Assembly (NCBI GenBank): GCA_031414535.1
Contig: JANNVQ010000014.1
Location: forward strand, 96,001-160,000
Length of the DNA stretch: 64,000 bases
Direction of reading: 5' to 3'
From: Gemmatimonas sp.
GTDB taxonomy: Bacteria > Gemmatimonadota > Gemmatimonadetes > Gemmatimonadales > Gemmatimonadaceae
Every line of letters begins with the position of its first letter. Positions within the stretch are counted from its first letter, which is position 1. Made by a program: the position numbers and the translations under genes. Under the pieces are notes generated by a model, which worked only from the letters and a program-made list of their open reading frames with translations, was not told the DNA's origin and made no database searches. This document shows, one piece after another, positions 28,618 to 39,600 of this stretch.

Positions 28618-29270
28618 CGCTTCTTGCCCTTCTGGCTCGTTGGCGTAAACCCGCCCGCATAGTCCAGCACGCACATCTCGCGGTAACGTGTGTGCGGACC
28701 GCAGGCGCCACCCATCACGCGCAAGTTGGGATTGAAGATGTTGCGCCGGTGCCCGCGCGACGGCACCCCATCATCCACAATCAAGGAGATGAGGACGTCG
28801 CGCGCGTTAGCACTCCCGTAATCAATGTTCTCGGCGGCACTGCCATTCCACGCGCCGTAGCGTCGAATGCGCGAATCCATAGAAGAGCCATCGCGGCCGT
28901 CATGACCCGTGGCTCCGCTCGGCCCTTGGTCACGCACGTGATCGCGAGCCGCGAGCGCGAGGCCATCTGCCCACGCGAGTGTAGGCAGGGGAGTCTGCTG
29001 ACGTAGCGCACGGATGGCCTCACGCACCGCATTGGGGCCTTCGTTGGTCTGCAGGCCAACACGACTTCCAGGGCGCCTCAAAATGCTGCCGTCAAAGTGC
29101 GGGAGGAGGGCCTCGAGGTGCGCGGCGTAGCCCGCTGGATCTGTGCGGGCCGCGTTGTGTTCGTCGAGCAGGGCGCGATTGAAAGCAGGCGCGAGCTGCC
29201 CGCCCGCCGTGCTCGAACACAGCGCAAGTGCGCCAACCAACAGTGCGGAACAAAATCGCCTAAGTCGCAT
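28614..29270 (-). CDS. Secreted CAP/SCP-domain protein
   Basis: Signal peptide; EHNAAR, AARDH, GHDG, AENI and LIVDDGVPSRGHRRNI. Alternative starts at 29288 and 29309. Confidence 0.85.
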   Translation of the reverse strand: MRLRRFCSALLVGALALCSSTAGGQLAPAFNRALLDEHNAARTDPAGYAAHLEALLPHFDGSILRRPGSRVGLQTNEGPNAVREAIRALRQQTPLPTLAWADGLALAARDHVRDQGPSGATGHDGRDGSSMDSRIRRYGAWNGSAAENIDYGSANARDVLISLIVDDGVPSRGHRRNIFNPNLRVMGGACGPHTRYREMCVLDYAGGFTPTSQKGKKR

Positions 29271-29321
29271 AAAGGGAATATGTTTCATTAGAGAGGTTTC
29301 GCCACTCATACTGGTGCCGCT

Positions 29322-31016
29322 GTGATGCTGTATGCCCCACCGCCGGTTGTGGCTGAAGTCCTTGCCCTACAGCAGGCCGCCACCTGTGATGGCTCGGTTG
29401 TGTCGCGCATCGAGTTTCGCAGTTACAAGCCGTCCCTGCAGACGGCTGCCGAGCGTGCAGCAGCCGCGACGACGGATGCAGTAGGCCTCGAGCACGCGCG
29501 CACGCACGCCTTCGTGATTCGCGCCTACCTTCGCTTCCAAGAGGGCGATCCCTGCACCGAACAAAAGCGCCGAGAGTCAGAGCGACTACTGCGCGCACAA
29601 CGCTTCATCTCTTCGGCGTCGGTCCAGACCTTCCCCGATGGCGAAGGACGCGTACGCGTACGCGTGAGTGTCGTGGATGAGCTTCCCTTCGTGGGGTCCG
29701 TGCGCGTCCGGGGTTTCACGCCGTCGGCGGTAACTATTGGCTCAATGAACTGGGCTGGCCGCGGCATCACAGCCGTGGTCGGCGCCGAGCACGAACCGGG
29801 CTACCGCGCGGGCGGCCGTATTCTTGTCGGACAATCAGGAGCGTTCGGACGTCCGGCACTCGCGGATGCTGAATGGCAACGCCGCACCTTGGGAAGTCTC
29901 TGGCGGGCGACATACGCAGAGCCTTTCCTCACTGCCGGACAGTCCTCTGCACTACATGCGAGCGTTCTGCGGGAGACTGCCTACCCGACGCTGCTACGGC
30001 CAGGAGAACCTGACGTTGTGGTGCGCACGCAACGGGCGGCCTACAACGCCGGCTGGGTGCGACGTGTGCGAGGCGGAGCGTCTGACCGCTTGGTTGGACT
30101 TGGCGGCATCATGGTGATGGGCACTGAGATTCAGACAGATGCTGTGTTGTCCATCCGCAGCGATAGCGGACTGATGGCGACAGACGATAGCAGTCTGTTT
30201 GGTCGTTACCGAGCACACGCCAACGGACGCGTCGCGCTGATTTCCGGATTGCGCTACCTACGGTTCAAGACCGTGCAGCGCTACGAGACGCTCCGCGCCG
30301 AGCAGGACCTCGCATCCGGTGTGGAGCTCGACGCCTTGGTGGGTCCGAGCATCAACCAGTCGGCGGGTGCGCGCGACCTCCTCATCGCAGCCGATCTCTA
30401 CCTTGGCGCGGCTGGCACCACTTCGTTCACCACGTTCAAGGTACGCGCCGAGGGCCGCATCACTGGCCGCGATGACGTGTGGGAGGGTATCGTCGGCAGC
30501 GCGCTCTTCTCTTGGTTCAAGCTCACGTCGCCCACGCGCACGCGAATCCTCAGTCTCTCCGGCGCAGCGGTGCAGAATCTCGCGTTCCCAGCGCAACTCA
30601 CGTTCCGCGATCATGAGGGTGGGCTGCTGGCCTTTCCCGACGGCGGCGAAGGTGGCGCGGCGCGCGCGGTGCTACGACTTGAAGAGCGATTGTTGCTGCC
30701 GTGGTTGAGCCGCCGTGCAGGCCTTGCCACGGGCTGGGTGGTGGACGCAGGCCGCATTTGGAAGGGAGATGCGCCGTTTGGGGCCACGACTCCGTTGCGC
30801 GGCTCGCTTGGCATCTCACTCCTCGGCTCTTACCCCGTCACGAGCAAGCGCCTCTACCGCGTGGATTTCGCGGTACCCATAAACCCTGGGCCAGGCGACG
30901 CGAAGTTCGTGATTCGCTTTCTCTCTGGCGACCGCACAGGCACCTTTTGGGCGGAACCTCCCGACGTGACACGCGCACGGGCCAGCACGGGACCGAATTC
31001 GCTCATCCGCTGGTGA
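29322..31016 (+). CDS. POTRA-like plus beta-barrel (BamA/TamA-like) outer-membrane protein
   Basis: N-terminal FVIRAYLRFQEGD...ESERLLR resembles a POTRA domain; C-terminal VDAGRIW and RVDFAVP resemble Omp85 barrel strands. Signal peptide unclear. Confidence 0.55.
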   Translation: MMLYAPPPVVAEVLALQQAATCDGSVVSRIEFRSYKPSLQTAAERAAAATTDAVGLEHARTHAFVIRAYLRFQEGDPCTEQKRRESERLLRAQRFISSASVQTFPDGEGRVRVRVSVVDELPFVGSVRVRGFTPSAVTIGSMNWAGRGITAVVGAEHEPGYRAGGRILVGQSGAFGRPALADAEWQRRTLGSLWRATYAEPFLTAGQSSALHASVLRETAYPTLLRPGEPDVVVRTQRAAYNAGWVRRVRGGASDRLVGLGGIMVMGTEIQTDAVLSIRSDSGLMATDDSSLFGRYRAHANGRVALISGLRYLRFKTVQRYETLRAEQDLASGVELDALVGPSINQSAGARDLLIAADLYLGAAGTTSFTTFKVRAEGRITGRDDVWEGIVGSALFSWFKLTSPTRTRILSLSGAAVQNLAFPAQLTFRDHEGGLLAFPDGGEGGAARAVLRLEERLLLPWLSRRAGLATGWVVDAGRIWKGDAPFGATTPLRGSLGISLLGSYPVTSKRLYRVDFAVPINPGPGDAKFVIRFLSGDRTGTFWAEPPDVTRARASTGPNSLIRW

Positions 31017-31132
31017 GAGATTGCGTCGGCGGTTCTCCGCGCGCTCAACGCCGCTGGCGCGATATGCGTTCTCGGGCTAGGCTCACTGAGCCTTGCAGCC
31101 CGCCGGCAGCGCGCCCCTACCCCGCTCAACCT

Positions 31133-31792
31133 GTGCCCAGTCACTCCCCGCGCTTCACGGCGCAACTAATTGTGATCGTGCTTGCTGCATGCACGCCGTC
31201 CCAGAACCAGCCAACGCCCGTGCCTGCTCCGCAAACGGTAACGCAGCCCGCCGCTGCGGCCGACGAGCATGCGCACCACGATATGGAAGGCATGCCAGCG
31301 GTGACCATTCCCGCCGGAGCCCTGTTTGTGGAAGCCGACGTGCGCTTTATGCAGGGGATGATTGCCCACCACGCGCAGGCGGTCTACATGACGCGCATGG
31401 CCGAGGGTGCAGGCGCCTCGCCACGCGTGCTGCGCCTCGCCAATAAAATCGATCTCTCGCAGGCTGGCGAGATTTCGCTGATGCAGGGTTGGCTTCGCTC
31501 CAACGGCCAGGTTGCGCCAGATACGTCGTCGTGGCGCTCCATGCGAATGGCCGGCATGCTCACCGATGCGGAGTTGCAGCAGCTCGCCGCCTCGCGCGGT
31601 CGTGATTTTGATCGACTGTTCCTGCAGTTGATGATTCGCCACCATGAAGGCGCGCTCTCCATGGTGAGCGACCTGCTCAAGACACCGCGCGCCGCGCAAG
31701 ACGTAGACGTGAACGTGTTGGCTAATGAAGTCGAAACCTCGCAGATGGCCGAGATCGAACTGATGTTGCAGATGCTCGAAGAGCTCAACTGA
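31133..31792 (+). CDS. DUF305 (ferritin-like, CopM-like) lipoprotein
   Basis: Lipobox LAAC, His-rich HAHHDM, ADVRFMQGMIAHHAQA and FLQLMIRHHEGA. Start uncertain (31064 or 31133). Confidence 0.85.
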   Translation: MPSHSPRFTAQLIVIVLAACTPSQNQPTPVPAPQTVTQPAAAADEHAHHDMEGMPAVTIPAGALFVEADVRFMQGMIAHHAQAVYMTRMAEGAGASPRVLRLANKIDLSQAGEISLMQGWLRSNGQVAPDTSSWRSMRMAGMLTDAELQQLAASRGRDFDRLFLQLMIRHHEGALSMVSDLLKTPRAAQDVDVNVLANEVETSQMAEIELMLQMLEELN

Positions 31793-31821
31793 CCCACCAA
31801 ACACACTTGGAGTCGCACTCG

Positions 31822-33624
31822 ATGGAAATGCTTCGCCGTTCCCTGCTGGCCGCTTCCGTAGTCGGAGCGCTAGCCACGCCACTCGTCGCGCAGACGTATC
31901 CCAACGCAAACGATCCGCGCAACAATCTTTCGAGCGGTCTCTCAAACGCCGGCATCGCCATCGAGGGAATGCGGCTGCTCTCCACCGCACCCAAGGCAGC
32001 AGTGCACGACTCCGTGCGCGGCCTCACCTTCGTGAACTCGGATCTCGCGTTCCGCGGAAATCTCGTCTACCAGGGCAACTTCGCTGGATTCGCCATCTGG
32101 GATGTCAGCAACTCCGCTACACCGCGTCTCGTCTCGGCCGTGGACTGCATCACGGCACAGGGCGATCCGTCCATCATCGGTAACCTGCTGTTCATCTCCG
32201 CTGAAGGCGCTGGCAACCGCAATGACTGCGCCAAGGGCGGTGTGACGAACGAAGCCGATCATATGGCTGGCGTTCGCATCTATGACGTGAGCAATCCCGC
32301 AACGCCCCGCTTGGTGAAGAACGTGCAGACCTGCAAGGGCTCGCACACGCACACTGTGGTACCGCACCCCACTGATCGCGGCGTCGTCTACCTCTACGTC
32401 TCCGGCAGCCAGAACGCGCGCCCGGATACTGAGCTTGCCGGCTGCCGCAACGGTGGCAACCCAGCCGATGAATCCAACTCGCTGTTCCGCCTCGACGTGA
32501 TTCGCGTACCGCTCGCCCGTCCCGAGGACGCCGCCGTGGTCACTGGCGCGCGCATCTTCACCGGACTTGGGCCCGCGCCGGCTCGTGGTGGTCGCGCCCG
32601 CGCTCAGCGTCCGATGACGGGCGTGGACAGCGCCGAGATGGCGATGGCCCGCGCCGCTGGCCCGCGTAACTGCCACGATGTCAGTGCGTACCCAGCGATG
32701 AACCTGCTCGCCGGTGCCTGCGCGTCGTATGGCATTCTCGTTGACATCTCTAATCCAGAAAAGCCGGTGCGCTTGGATGCCGTGGCCGACACCAACTTCT
32801 CACTCTGGCACACCGCCGTGTTCTCCAACGACGGCAAGAAGGTCGTGTTCACCGACGAGTGGGGCGGCGGCACCTCGCCCAACTGCCAGATCACGCACCC
32901 GCTGGAAATGGGCGGCAACACCACGCTCGTGATCGGAGAAGATCGCAAGCTCACGCAGCACGCGTACTTCAAGATTCCCACCGCACAGACGGCGCGTGAG
33001 AACTGCGTCTCGCACAACGGTTCGCTGATTCCCGTGCCAGGCCGCGACATCATGGTGCAGGGCTGGTATCAGGGCGGTGTAGACATCATTGACTTCACCG
33101 ATGCCGATCGTCCCTTTGAAATTGGCTACTTCGATCGCGGGCCTGTTGACGCGCCGACGGTCGGCGATTCGGCCAACAGCCGTGCACGCGGCACTATCGC
33201 TGGCTCCTGGGGCGCCTACTGGTACAATGGCAAGATCTACTCGTCCGAGATGGCGCGCGGTCTCGACATCCTCGAGCTCGTACCAAACGCCCAGCTCTCA
33301 GCCAACGAGATCGAAGCCGCGAAGCTCGTGATGTGGGAAGAGTTCAATCCGCAGAGCCAGCCGAAAATTGTATGGCCAGCGGCCTTCCCGGTCGTGCGCT
33401 CCTACCTCGACCAGTTGGTGCGCACCAACGGACTCGCCGCTGCACGTACGACGGCCATTGGTCAGATGCTAAACACCGCCGAGCGTCAGTCGGGTGCCGC
33501 GCGACGCACATCGCTCAATACACTCGCAACGGCAGTTGAACGTGACGCCGCTGGTGCGCGTGATGCCGCGCGCGTGCAGATGATGGTCGCGGCGATTCGC
33601 GATTTGGCGAACGCGACGCGCTAA
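31822..33624 (+). CDS. Secreted LVIVD-repeat beta-propeller protein
   Basis: Signal peptide; NSDLAF, GSHTHT, CHDV, DEWGGG, CVSHNG, WYQGG and repeated D[VI]SNP..P strands. Usual partner of DUF305. Confidence 0.8.
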   Translation: MEMLRRSLLAASVVGALATPLVAQTYPNANDPRNNLSSGLSNAGIAIEGMRLLSTAPKAAVHDSVRGLTFVNSDLAFRGNLVYQGNFAGFAIWDVSNSATPRLVSAVDCITAQGDPSIIGNLLFISAEGAGNRNDCAKGGVTNEADHMAGVRIYDVSNPATPRLVKNVQTCKGSHTHTVVPHPTDRGVVYLYVSGSQNARPDTELAGCRNGGNPADESNSLFRLDVIRVPLARPEDAAVVTGARIFTGLGPAPARGGRARAQRPMTGVDSAEMAMARAAGPRNCHDVSAYPAMNLLAGACASYGILVDISNPEKPVRLDAVADTNFSLWHTAVFSNDGKKVVFTDEWGGGTSPNCQITHPLEMGGNTTLVIGEDRKLTQHAYFKIPTAQTARENCVSHNGSLIPVPGRDIMVQGWYQGGVDIIDFTDADRPFEIGYFDRGPVDAPTVGDSANSRARGTIAGSWGAYWYNGKIYSSEMARGLDILELVPNAQLSANEIEAAKLVMWEEFNPQSQPKIVWPAAFPVVRSYLDQLVRTNGLAAARTTAIGQMLNTAERQSGAARRTSLNTLATAVERDAAGARDAARVQMMVAAIRDLANATR

Positions 33625-33640
33625 GGTCTCGTGAGTGAAG

Positions 33641-33677
33641 CGGCTCCCCGGGCTGATTGAGCCCGGGGAGCCGTTTT
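33641..33677 (+). terminator. Intrinsic terminator
   Basis: 14-bp stem CGGCTCCCCGGGCT / AGCCCGGGGAGCCG followed by TTTT, between convergent genes. Confidence 0.85.
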
Positions 33678-33696
33678 CATTTACTGCTACGCGTTG

Positions 33697-34356
33697 CTAT
33701 CGCGCGAAGCAGTAGAACAGTCCGTTGCCACCCGTCGCCACCAGATTGGCTTGGCCGCAACCGCGTGAGGGATGCGCTGAGTTCCAGGAGGTCGGGCGCA
33801 CACCGCCACCGATGCGGTCGTGATGGCCCACCATCGCACGCCCTGTCGCAGCATTGCTGGTCCAGTTGCTGCAGGTGGTGTCGAGCGTGTCCACAGCGAG
33901 GGTGCCGTCGGGATTTGAACCCGTGATGATATCGTGCATGTTGGGCGTGTCGCCTCGCCCGTTCACGGGCTCACCCTTCTCGTTGAGCGAGTTGGCCTTA
34001 CCCGCCTGGCTCTCCTCGGAGTGCAACTGCTCGAGGTTCTGGGCAATTAAAACACCCTTGGCATTGTACCACGGTCCAGCGCCGATGCGATCACGCGCGT
34101 GCACAGCCGGCTGTCCGCTCGTGGCCGCCGCGCTTAAGTACGCGTGCCACGTTTTGCCCAGCACTCCTGCCGCCTCGGCCAGCGTGTGACAGTGACGGTC
34201 CGCACCAGCGAGTCCGCCAATGTTTGCCCCGTCACCGGAGCCCACGGACGTAATAAAGAAGCTCATCGTCTCGCGTTCAGCCTTGTCGGGTGCCGCAGCG
34301 GCCGAAAATGTGACGATGGTTCCAGCGATGATGACATAGGGAAGTAGCGCGCGCAT
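33697..34356 (-). CDS. Secreted C-type-lectin/endostatin-like protein
   Basis: Signal peptide; GGLAGADRHC, ARDRIGAGPW, TCSNWTS and terminal FYCFA. Confidence 0.7.
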   Translation of the reverse strand: MRALLPYVIIAGTIVTFSAAAAPDKAERETMSFFITSVGSGDGANIGGLAGADRHCHTLAEAAGVLGKTWHAYLSAAATSGQPAVHARDRIGAGPWYNAKGVLIAQNLEQLHSEESQAGKANSLNEKGEPVNGRGDTPNMHDIITGSNPDGTLAVDTLDTTCSNWTSNAATGRAMVGHHDRIGGGVRPTSWNSAHPSRGCGQANLVATGGNGLFYCFAR

Positions 34357-34386
34357 CGGTGTTGCTCCTGTCAGGGATGAAGAAAC

Positions 34387-36612
34387 TTAGGGCAAGAGGG
34401 TTAGCAGGCGCTGATGGACGTCGCGCACTCGGGCACGCGCGGCATCAATGGCGGCGCGGCCCTCGCTGGACGTACCGCCGACTTCAAGATCTGTGAAGGC
34501 CTGCAGCGATGCGTCATAATACTCGGCCCACGTATTGATGATGTCGAGCTCGCCCGCCTTGGCGCCACCGCGACGAATGACCGCGGCACTGAGCCGCGCT
34601 TCAGTATTGAGGCGTGTGATGGCGGCGTCGCGCACTTCGGCAATCAGGCCACGAGCCATCACGCCGTCTACCGACGTCAGCGCCAACGCCGAGACGAGAG
34701 CGGTAATGCCAACGTTGCGTAGCTCGTTCGGCGACACCATCTCCAGCCGGTCGCCATCGGTATGATAGAACTGATCCGTAAAGTGCCAGAAGAGCAAGCC
34801 CGGCTTCTTGGCGGACAGGAAGGGCGTGTGATCACTCCCGCCCTCGAAGGGATTGGTGCCCACCACCCAACCATTGGTGGCCGCCTGCTCTCGCGCCCGC
34901 GCGATGGTGAAGTCGTTGAAGTAGTGCGGCATGAGCTGGGCCTTGGTGATGGGACTACCGCCCCACTCCGAGTGCTTATCCTCGCCGCGTGTCCAGATGG
35001 CCGAGGGGTCAGGCATCTTCTCAATCAAGAACGTGCCGCCCGTTTTCTCTGTATTCTCACCGACCATATCTAAGGAGAGGCCCCACTTGATGCCGCGTGC
35101 GCGCACGGAGTCCTGCTTGATGTAGCGATCCGTGGAGCGAATCTCGAGACCCCACAGAAAGGTGATGGTGCGCGCCGGATCTACCTCAGCGCTGCGCAGC
35201 ATTGCAGCCGCCACGCGCGCCATCTCCACCTGTGCACCTACGCCGGACGCATTGTCATTGGCACCTGGTTCCTGCACGTGGGCACTGAACACAAAGCGCT
35301 CATCCGGATGCGAGCTGCCCCGCACCTCGGCAACGACGGCTTGTTCAACGGCGTCTTGGGTCCAGCGCACCTCACTCTGCACTTTCACCATCGTCGGCCG
35401 ACTGGCGCTGCGCCCACGGGCCAGCGCAGCACGCAAACGCTCACGCGCCGCAAACGAGAGCGCGATGCCCCAGCTCTTTGCCGTGGTGTCTCGCGTGATG
35501 CCGCCAAACTGAATGGAATTGCGGTTGCGTTCCGGCTGCAGATACTCGGGAAGCGAGTAGCCGAGCACGCCGAGTGCCCCGCGGCGAACCACGGCCTCAG
35601 TGAACAGTCTGCCCACGCCTGTCTCGGCCAAGACGATCTTACCACGCACGTTGGCCGCATCCAGCTCGGCGGGAGTGCCGCGGCCAGCGTCTACCAGTTC
35701 AGCGATGACGCCGTTGGGGCCAGTCGCATAGGAGTTGGTAGCCAGCATATTGCGATTGGTCACAAAGCGTAGCACGGGTGCCTCTTCGCCTTCAATGCTG
35801 AGCGCGGCATCTATTGGCTCCCACGCGGGCTGCGCCATTGGATAGCGCTCCACGCGGTAGGTCAGGCGTCCTGCATTTGGGCTGCCTTCGCGCACGTAGC
35901 CTGCTGCCTCCAAGCGCTGCACGATGTGCGCGATGGATGCGTCGAAGCCGCGATTGCCAGGCCAGCGCACATACTGATCGAGAAATGCAACCGTCGCGAA
36001 GGCGGAATCACCCGAGAACCGAGGTAGGACCTTGGCGTGCAGTTCCCGAGTAGGCGACTGACCACTGGCCACGCTCCACGGCGCGCATTGCGGTGCGGTT
36101 GCACCAGCGGCGCGCGGCAGTGTGTCGCGCACGGCCATGAGCTCAATGTCGAAGATCAGCGTGGCGGCAGGGGGAATCACCGGAGGGCGGCCGCGCGGCC
36201 CGTACGCGAACTGCTGTGGAATGATCAAGCGACGCTTGCCGCCCTCGCGCATGCCATCGAACCCGAGGTCCCAGCCGACAATCACGCGCCGAAACCCAAG
36301 CGGAACGACGATTGGTTCGCGTTGAATGCCTAGCTCATTGGTATCGCGGGACGAGTCGAACTTAGTGCCGTCAGTGAGCCAGCCCGTGTAATGCGCGTAG
36401 ACGCACTTGTTGGATTCGGCGGTGGCGCCGGTGCCGAGCGCGAGCTCAATCGCATCGAGCGAGGCGATGCTGTAGCGCGGAGCCGTGGTGGCAGGGATGG
36501 CCGCAGGAAAAGCAGGCACCGGGACGGCAGGCGCGCCAGTAGAACGCGGAGCGCAGGCAATGAGGAGTGTACCGCTCGCCGCGGCGATGGTGCGAATGAG
36601 AGATGAACGCAT
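34387..36612 (-). CDS. Lipoprotein fusing an FKBP-type PPIase to a PA-domain M28 metallopeptidase
   Basis: Lipobox LIAC. FKBP motifs HYTGWLTDGTKFDSS, VIVGW and IPPAATLIFDIEL; M28 motifs SAH..EPGANDNASG, LDMVG, SDH and YHT. Confidence 0.8.
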   Translation of the reverse strand: MRSSLIRTIAAASGTLLIACAPRSTGAPAVPVPAFPAAIPATTAPRYSIASLDAIELALGTGATAESNKCVYAHYTGWLTDGTKFDSSRDTNELGIQREPIVVPLGFRRVIVGWDLGFDGMREGGKRRLIIPQQFAYGPRGRPPVIPPAATLIFDIELMAVRDTLPRAAGATAPQCAPWSVASGQSPTRELHAKVLPRFSGDSAFATVAFLDQYVRWPGNRGFDASIAHIVQRLEAAGYVREGSPNAGRLTYRVERYPMAQPAWEPIDAALSIEGEEAPVLRFVTNRNMLATNSYATGPNGVIAELVDAGRGTPAELDAANVRGKIVLAETGVGRLFTEAVVRRGALGVLGYSLPEYLQPERNRNSIQFGGITRDTTAKSWGIALSFAARERLRAALARGRSASRPTMVKVQSEVRWTQDAVEQAVVAEVRGSSHPDERFVFSAHVQEPGANDNASGVGAQVEMARVAAAMLRSAEVDPARTITFLWGLEIRSTDRYIKQDSVRARGIKWGLSLDMVGENTEKTGGTFLIEKMPDPSAIWTRGEDKHSEWGGSPITKAQLMPHYFNDFTIARAREQAATNGWVVGTNPFEGGSDHTPFLSAKKPGLLFWHFTDQFYHTDGDRLEMVSPNELRNVGITALVSALALTSVDGVMARGLIAEVRDAAITRLNTEARLSAAVIRRGGAKAGELDIINTWAEYYDASLQAFTDLEVGGTSSEGRAAIDAARARVRDVHQRLLTLLP

Positions 36613-36648
36613 TACCAATCTTACGCATTTCGCTCACGCCACGCCCAG

Positions 36649-39600
36649 CTAGAACGCTAGCCGACCCCAGTGCGCCACGAAGTTCATGAACCCGCCCATC
36701 GGGGGGAGCATACGATTCAGATCCTCGGGCCGCTCCATCCACTCGCTTTGGCCAATCAAGGCCAGAGCATCCAAGTACGGAATCACGCTCGGCCAGCCTG
36801 CAGTCACAAAGGCCACCTCGGCGTCCATCACCATGGAGCGATAGTTCTGATTTTGCGAGCCCATCATGTGATAGAACACCACGCGCTCGCGCTCTGCATC
36901 TGACAAAGAGGCCTCCCAGTCGCGCACGAAGCTGGTTCCAATGTCGAGCACCGCGTCCGGTGTCTCTTCCATTCGCATCACGGACTGGCCGCGGCCCTGC
37001 ACCTGCGCAATACGCTGCGTGACGAAACTCCACGTCAGCTGGCCCCACTCGGGCCGCTGCATGATGGTCCAGGCTTCACGCGAGGCGAAGTAGTTGGCTT
37101 TCAGATGGAGTCGCGTGCGGTCGTCGTGCTCAAATTCACGCTGGCGACTCGATGCCATCGCGAGACGCGCGATGTCCTCTTCGAGTCGCGCGAGATCTGT
37201 ATACGCCGCGTCCGGAAATCCGAACAATTCGCGTAGCCAGGGATTTGCTTCGAAAGTGGTCCGCACGCTGCGAACTTTTGCTGGGATGTCGGTGACGGCG
37301 ATTTTGCTGTCGAAGATGCCCACTTGTATCAGGCCGCCAGACTGCGCCAATGTTGCCGCGTGCCGCTCGCGTGCGGCGAGAATGCGCCAGAGCAGTTCGC
37401 GACTCAAGAGTTGAGTTCCGCGCACCTCCACGGAGTTACTGCGATACGAAGGCGCAATCACGAGCACACGGGCCCCGCGCAGCGCCGCGCCGAATAACGT
37501 TGAGCCCCAGAACTCCGCATTCCAGAATGAGTCGGGCACGAGAATGACGGATCCACTCGGCATCATCGTGTACAGCACGGCCTTGGCCACGTTCACGTGC
37601 TTGGAGTCGTAGCCCGTTTCGTTGTGAATGCTGAGCGCACGCTGGCTCACACCATCACGCGCAGCGCCAGCGCGCACGATGGCGTCATAGTCATCCGCGC
37701 GCGTGCGCAGCTGCAGGGCCTGCGGTAGACGATCCAGCGGCAGACGATGTGCCATCAAGTTGCGGCGCGCTTGATTTTTGAGATCTAAGGCCGCTGGCCC
37801 ACGTACGAGTATCGAGCGATCCTCCCACGTCAGGTTAGAGTAGTGCTCACCCACGCCGGCCCCTGTATACATGGCCTCGCCACGGTAGGGGTCTGCCTCC
37901 GAGATGTCGTAGAAGATCAGCTTGCGGTGATCACGCAGGATGTTGTCCGTCATCGGCAAGCCAGACGCCAAGCGCCACGACCGGAAGGCCGGATCAGGCC
38001 TATTCATCACGCTCACGTGCACCTTGATGAGGTTGCGCAGCCAGGCATCGCCCAATCGTGCGCGCTCCGCCTGTAAGCGCCGGGAGTTTCGAATGGCGGC
38101 GCGCAGCTCTTCCTGCGCCGCGCGGATTGTGTCTCCCCACGAACGGAACTCGCGGGGCAACGCTACCTCAGCACGAGTCGGATCTTCGAGGAACTTGAGG
38201 AAGAGAGATCCCGAACGCACCGAGTAGTACCACTGGTCGTGCAATATCAGATAGGTCGGGAAGCGGCCAGTTGAGTCGTAGGCCCGCACGCGGGCCGTCA
38301 TCGCCGCCAAGTACGAGCGCACCACTTGGCGATAGCTCACTTCGTCGGGGTCCCCAACATCGTCCACACCGCGGAAGTCGTGCGTCCAAAGTACGTGATA
38401 CTCCTCGGCGGCGCGGATGCTGCGGCTCAACTGATACTGAAACTGCTCATTGATGATGTAGGAAACGAAGTTTCCTTCCGTGAATGGCGTCTCCACCGCA
38501 CGCGACACAAGTGCATCGAGCTCGGCTTGTGTATCGTGCGCTTCGGCGCGCAGCGCCAGCTGAAGCGGAATCCAGCCAAAGCGTTCATCAATCCAAGCTC
38601 CGGCGATCTCTTCACGCTGCCTTGCGACAACATCGAGCATGGTTGCGAAAATGGCACCGGCGGCCGACACACGCGTGCGTCCAAGCGCGGGCAGGCCCTC
38701 AAGGTGCAACTGGAATGCATCGCGGGCATTGGCCAGCAACACCGGCATCACCCGAGGATGCTTGGCCTGGCCCAGCAGGCGATTGTACGGCAGGAGCACT
38801 TCATCGAGCAGGACTTGGCGCGCTAGGGCGGCTGCACGGCGCACGAGTGCGGCATCGGCTTCCGTCGGAGTAGCCGATGCTAGGGACTGCGCGAATGCGA
38901 GGTCTATGGCGTCGTGGTAGCGAGCGATGGCAGCCGCAACATCAACCGTCGGCGCCGCGCTGCGCTCGGCAGAGCCAGCCGAGGGAAGCGCGCGGCCTAA
39001 GAAGGGAACCACGTGCGTCGTGATGGTCGTGGCATCGCGATGGAGAGCGTCTAGCGTAGCAGCAAATGCAGGCGGCTTGTTTGCGGACGCGCTAGCCGCT
39101 GCGCGCCCTGAGGGTTCCCGCCTTGCCGGCATCGCCCGGTCCGTCGCCGGACGCTTGCGGCCCGCATTGACGCGTTGCACGAGTGGAAGCTCAATGCCCG
39201 CGTACAACTGACGGCCGCGACCTGGGATGTAGTCAAGTCGCAACATCGATCCGAATCCGACCGCGCCTCCACGCCTGAGCGGCGCGCGAAACGAATAGAT
39301 GGCGTCCGTGCGATTGCGCGCCATGTCGTGATCTGCACCGAGGGCCACACCTAAAATTGGAATAGCCAGGCGCGCACGCGCGCCGACGCTCGCGTCCCCA
39401 GCATCGGCGATGCCAGTGTAGGTCTCGAAGCTCAGTCCGAGCGCGTCCACCACGGGATTCTTGATGCTGTGATAGACGCCGAGTCGCAGCTGTACTGGGT
39501 CAGCGAGGGCTGGACTTCCTCCAAGCCCTCCGACGGCGAGGCCCGAAAGCCAACTCCATGGCTTGGGCTGGCCAAGCGAAAGCACAGCTCGTGGCACAGT

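Noticed and set aside
30701..31132. Long N-terminal extension of the DUF305 ORF given in the ORF track
   Set aside because: It overlaps the upstream outer-membrane gene, and the lipoprotein signal indicates a start near 31064-31133.
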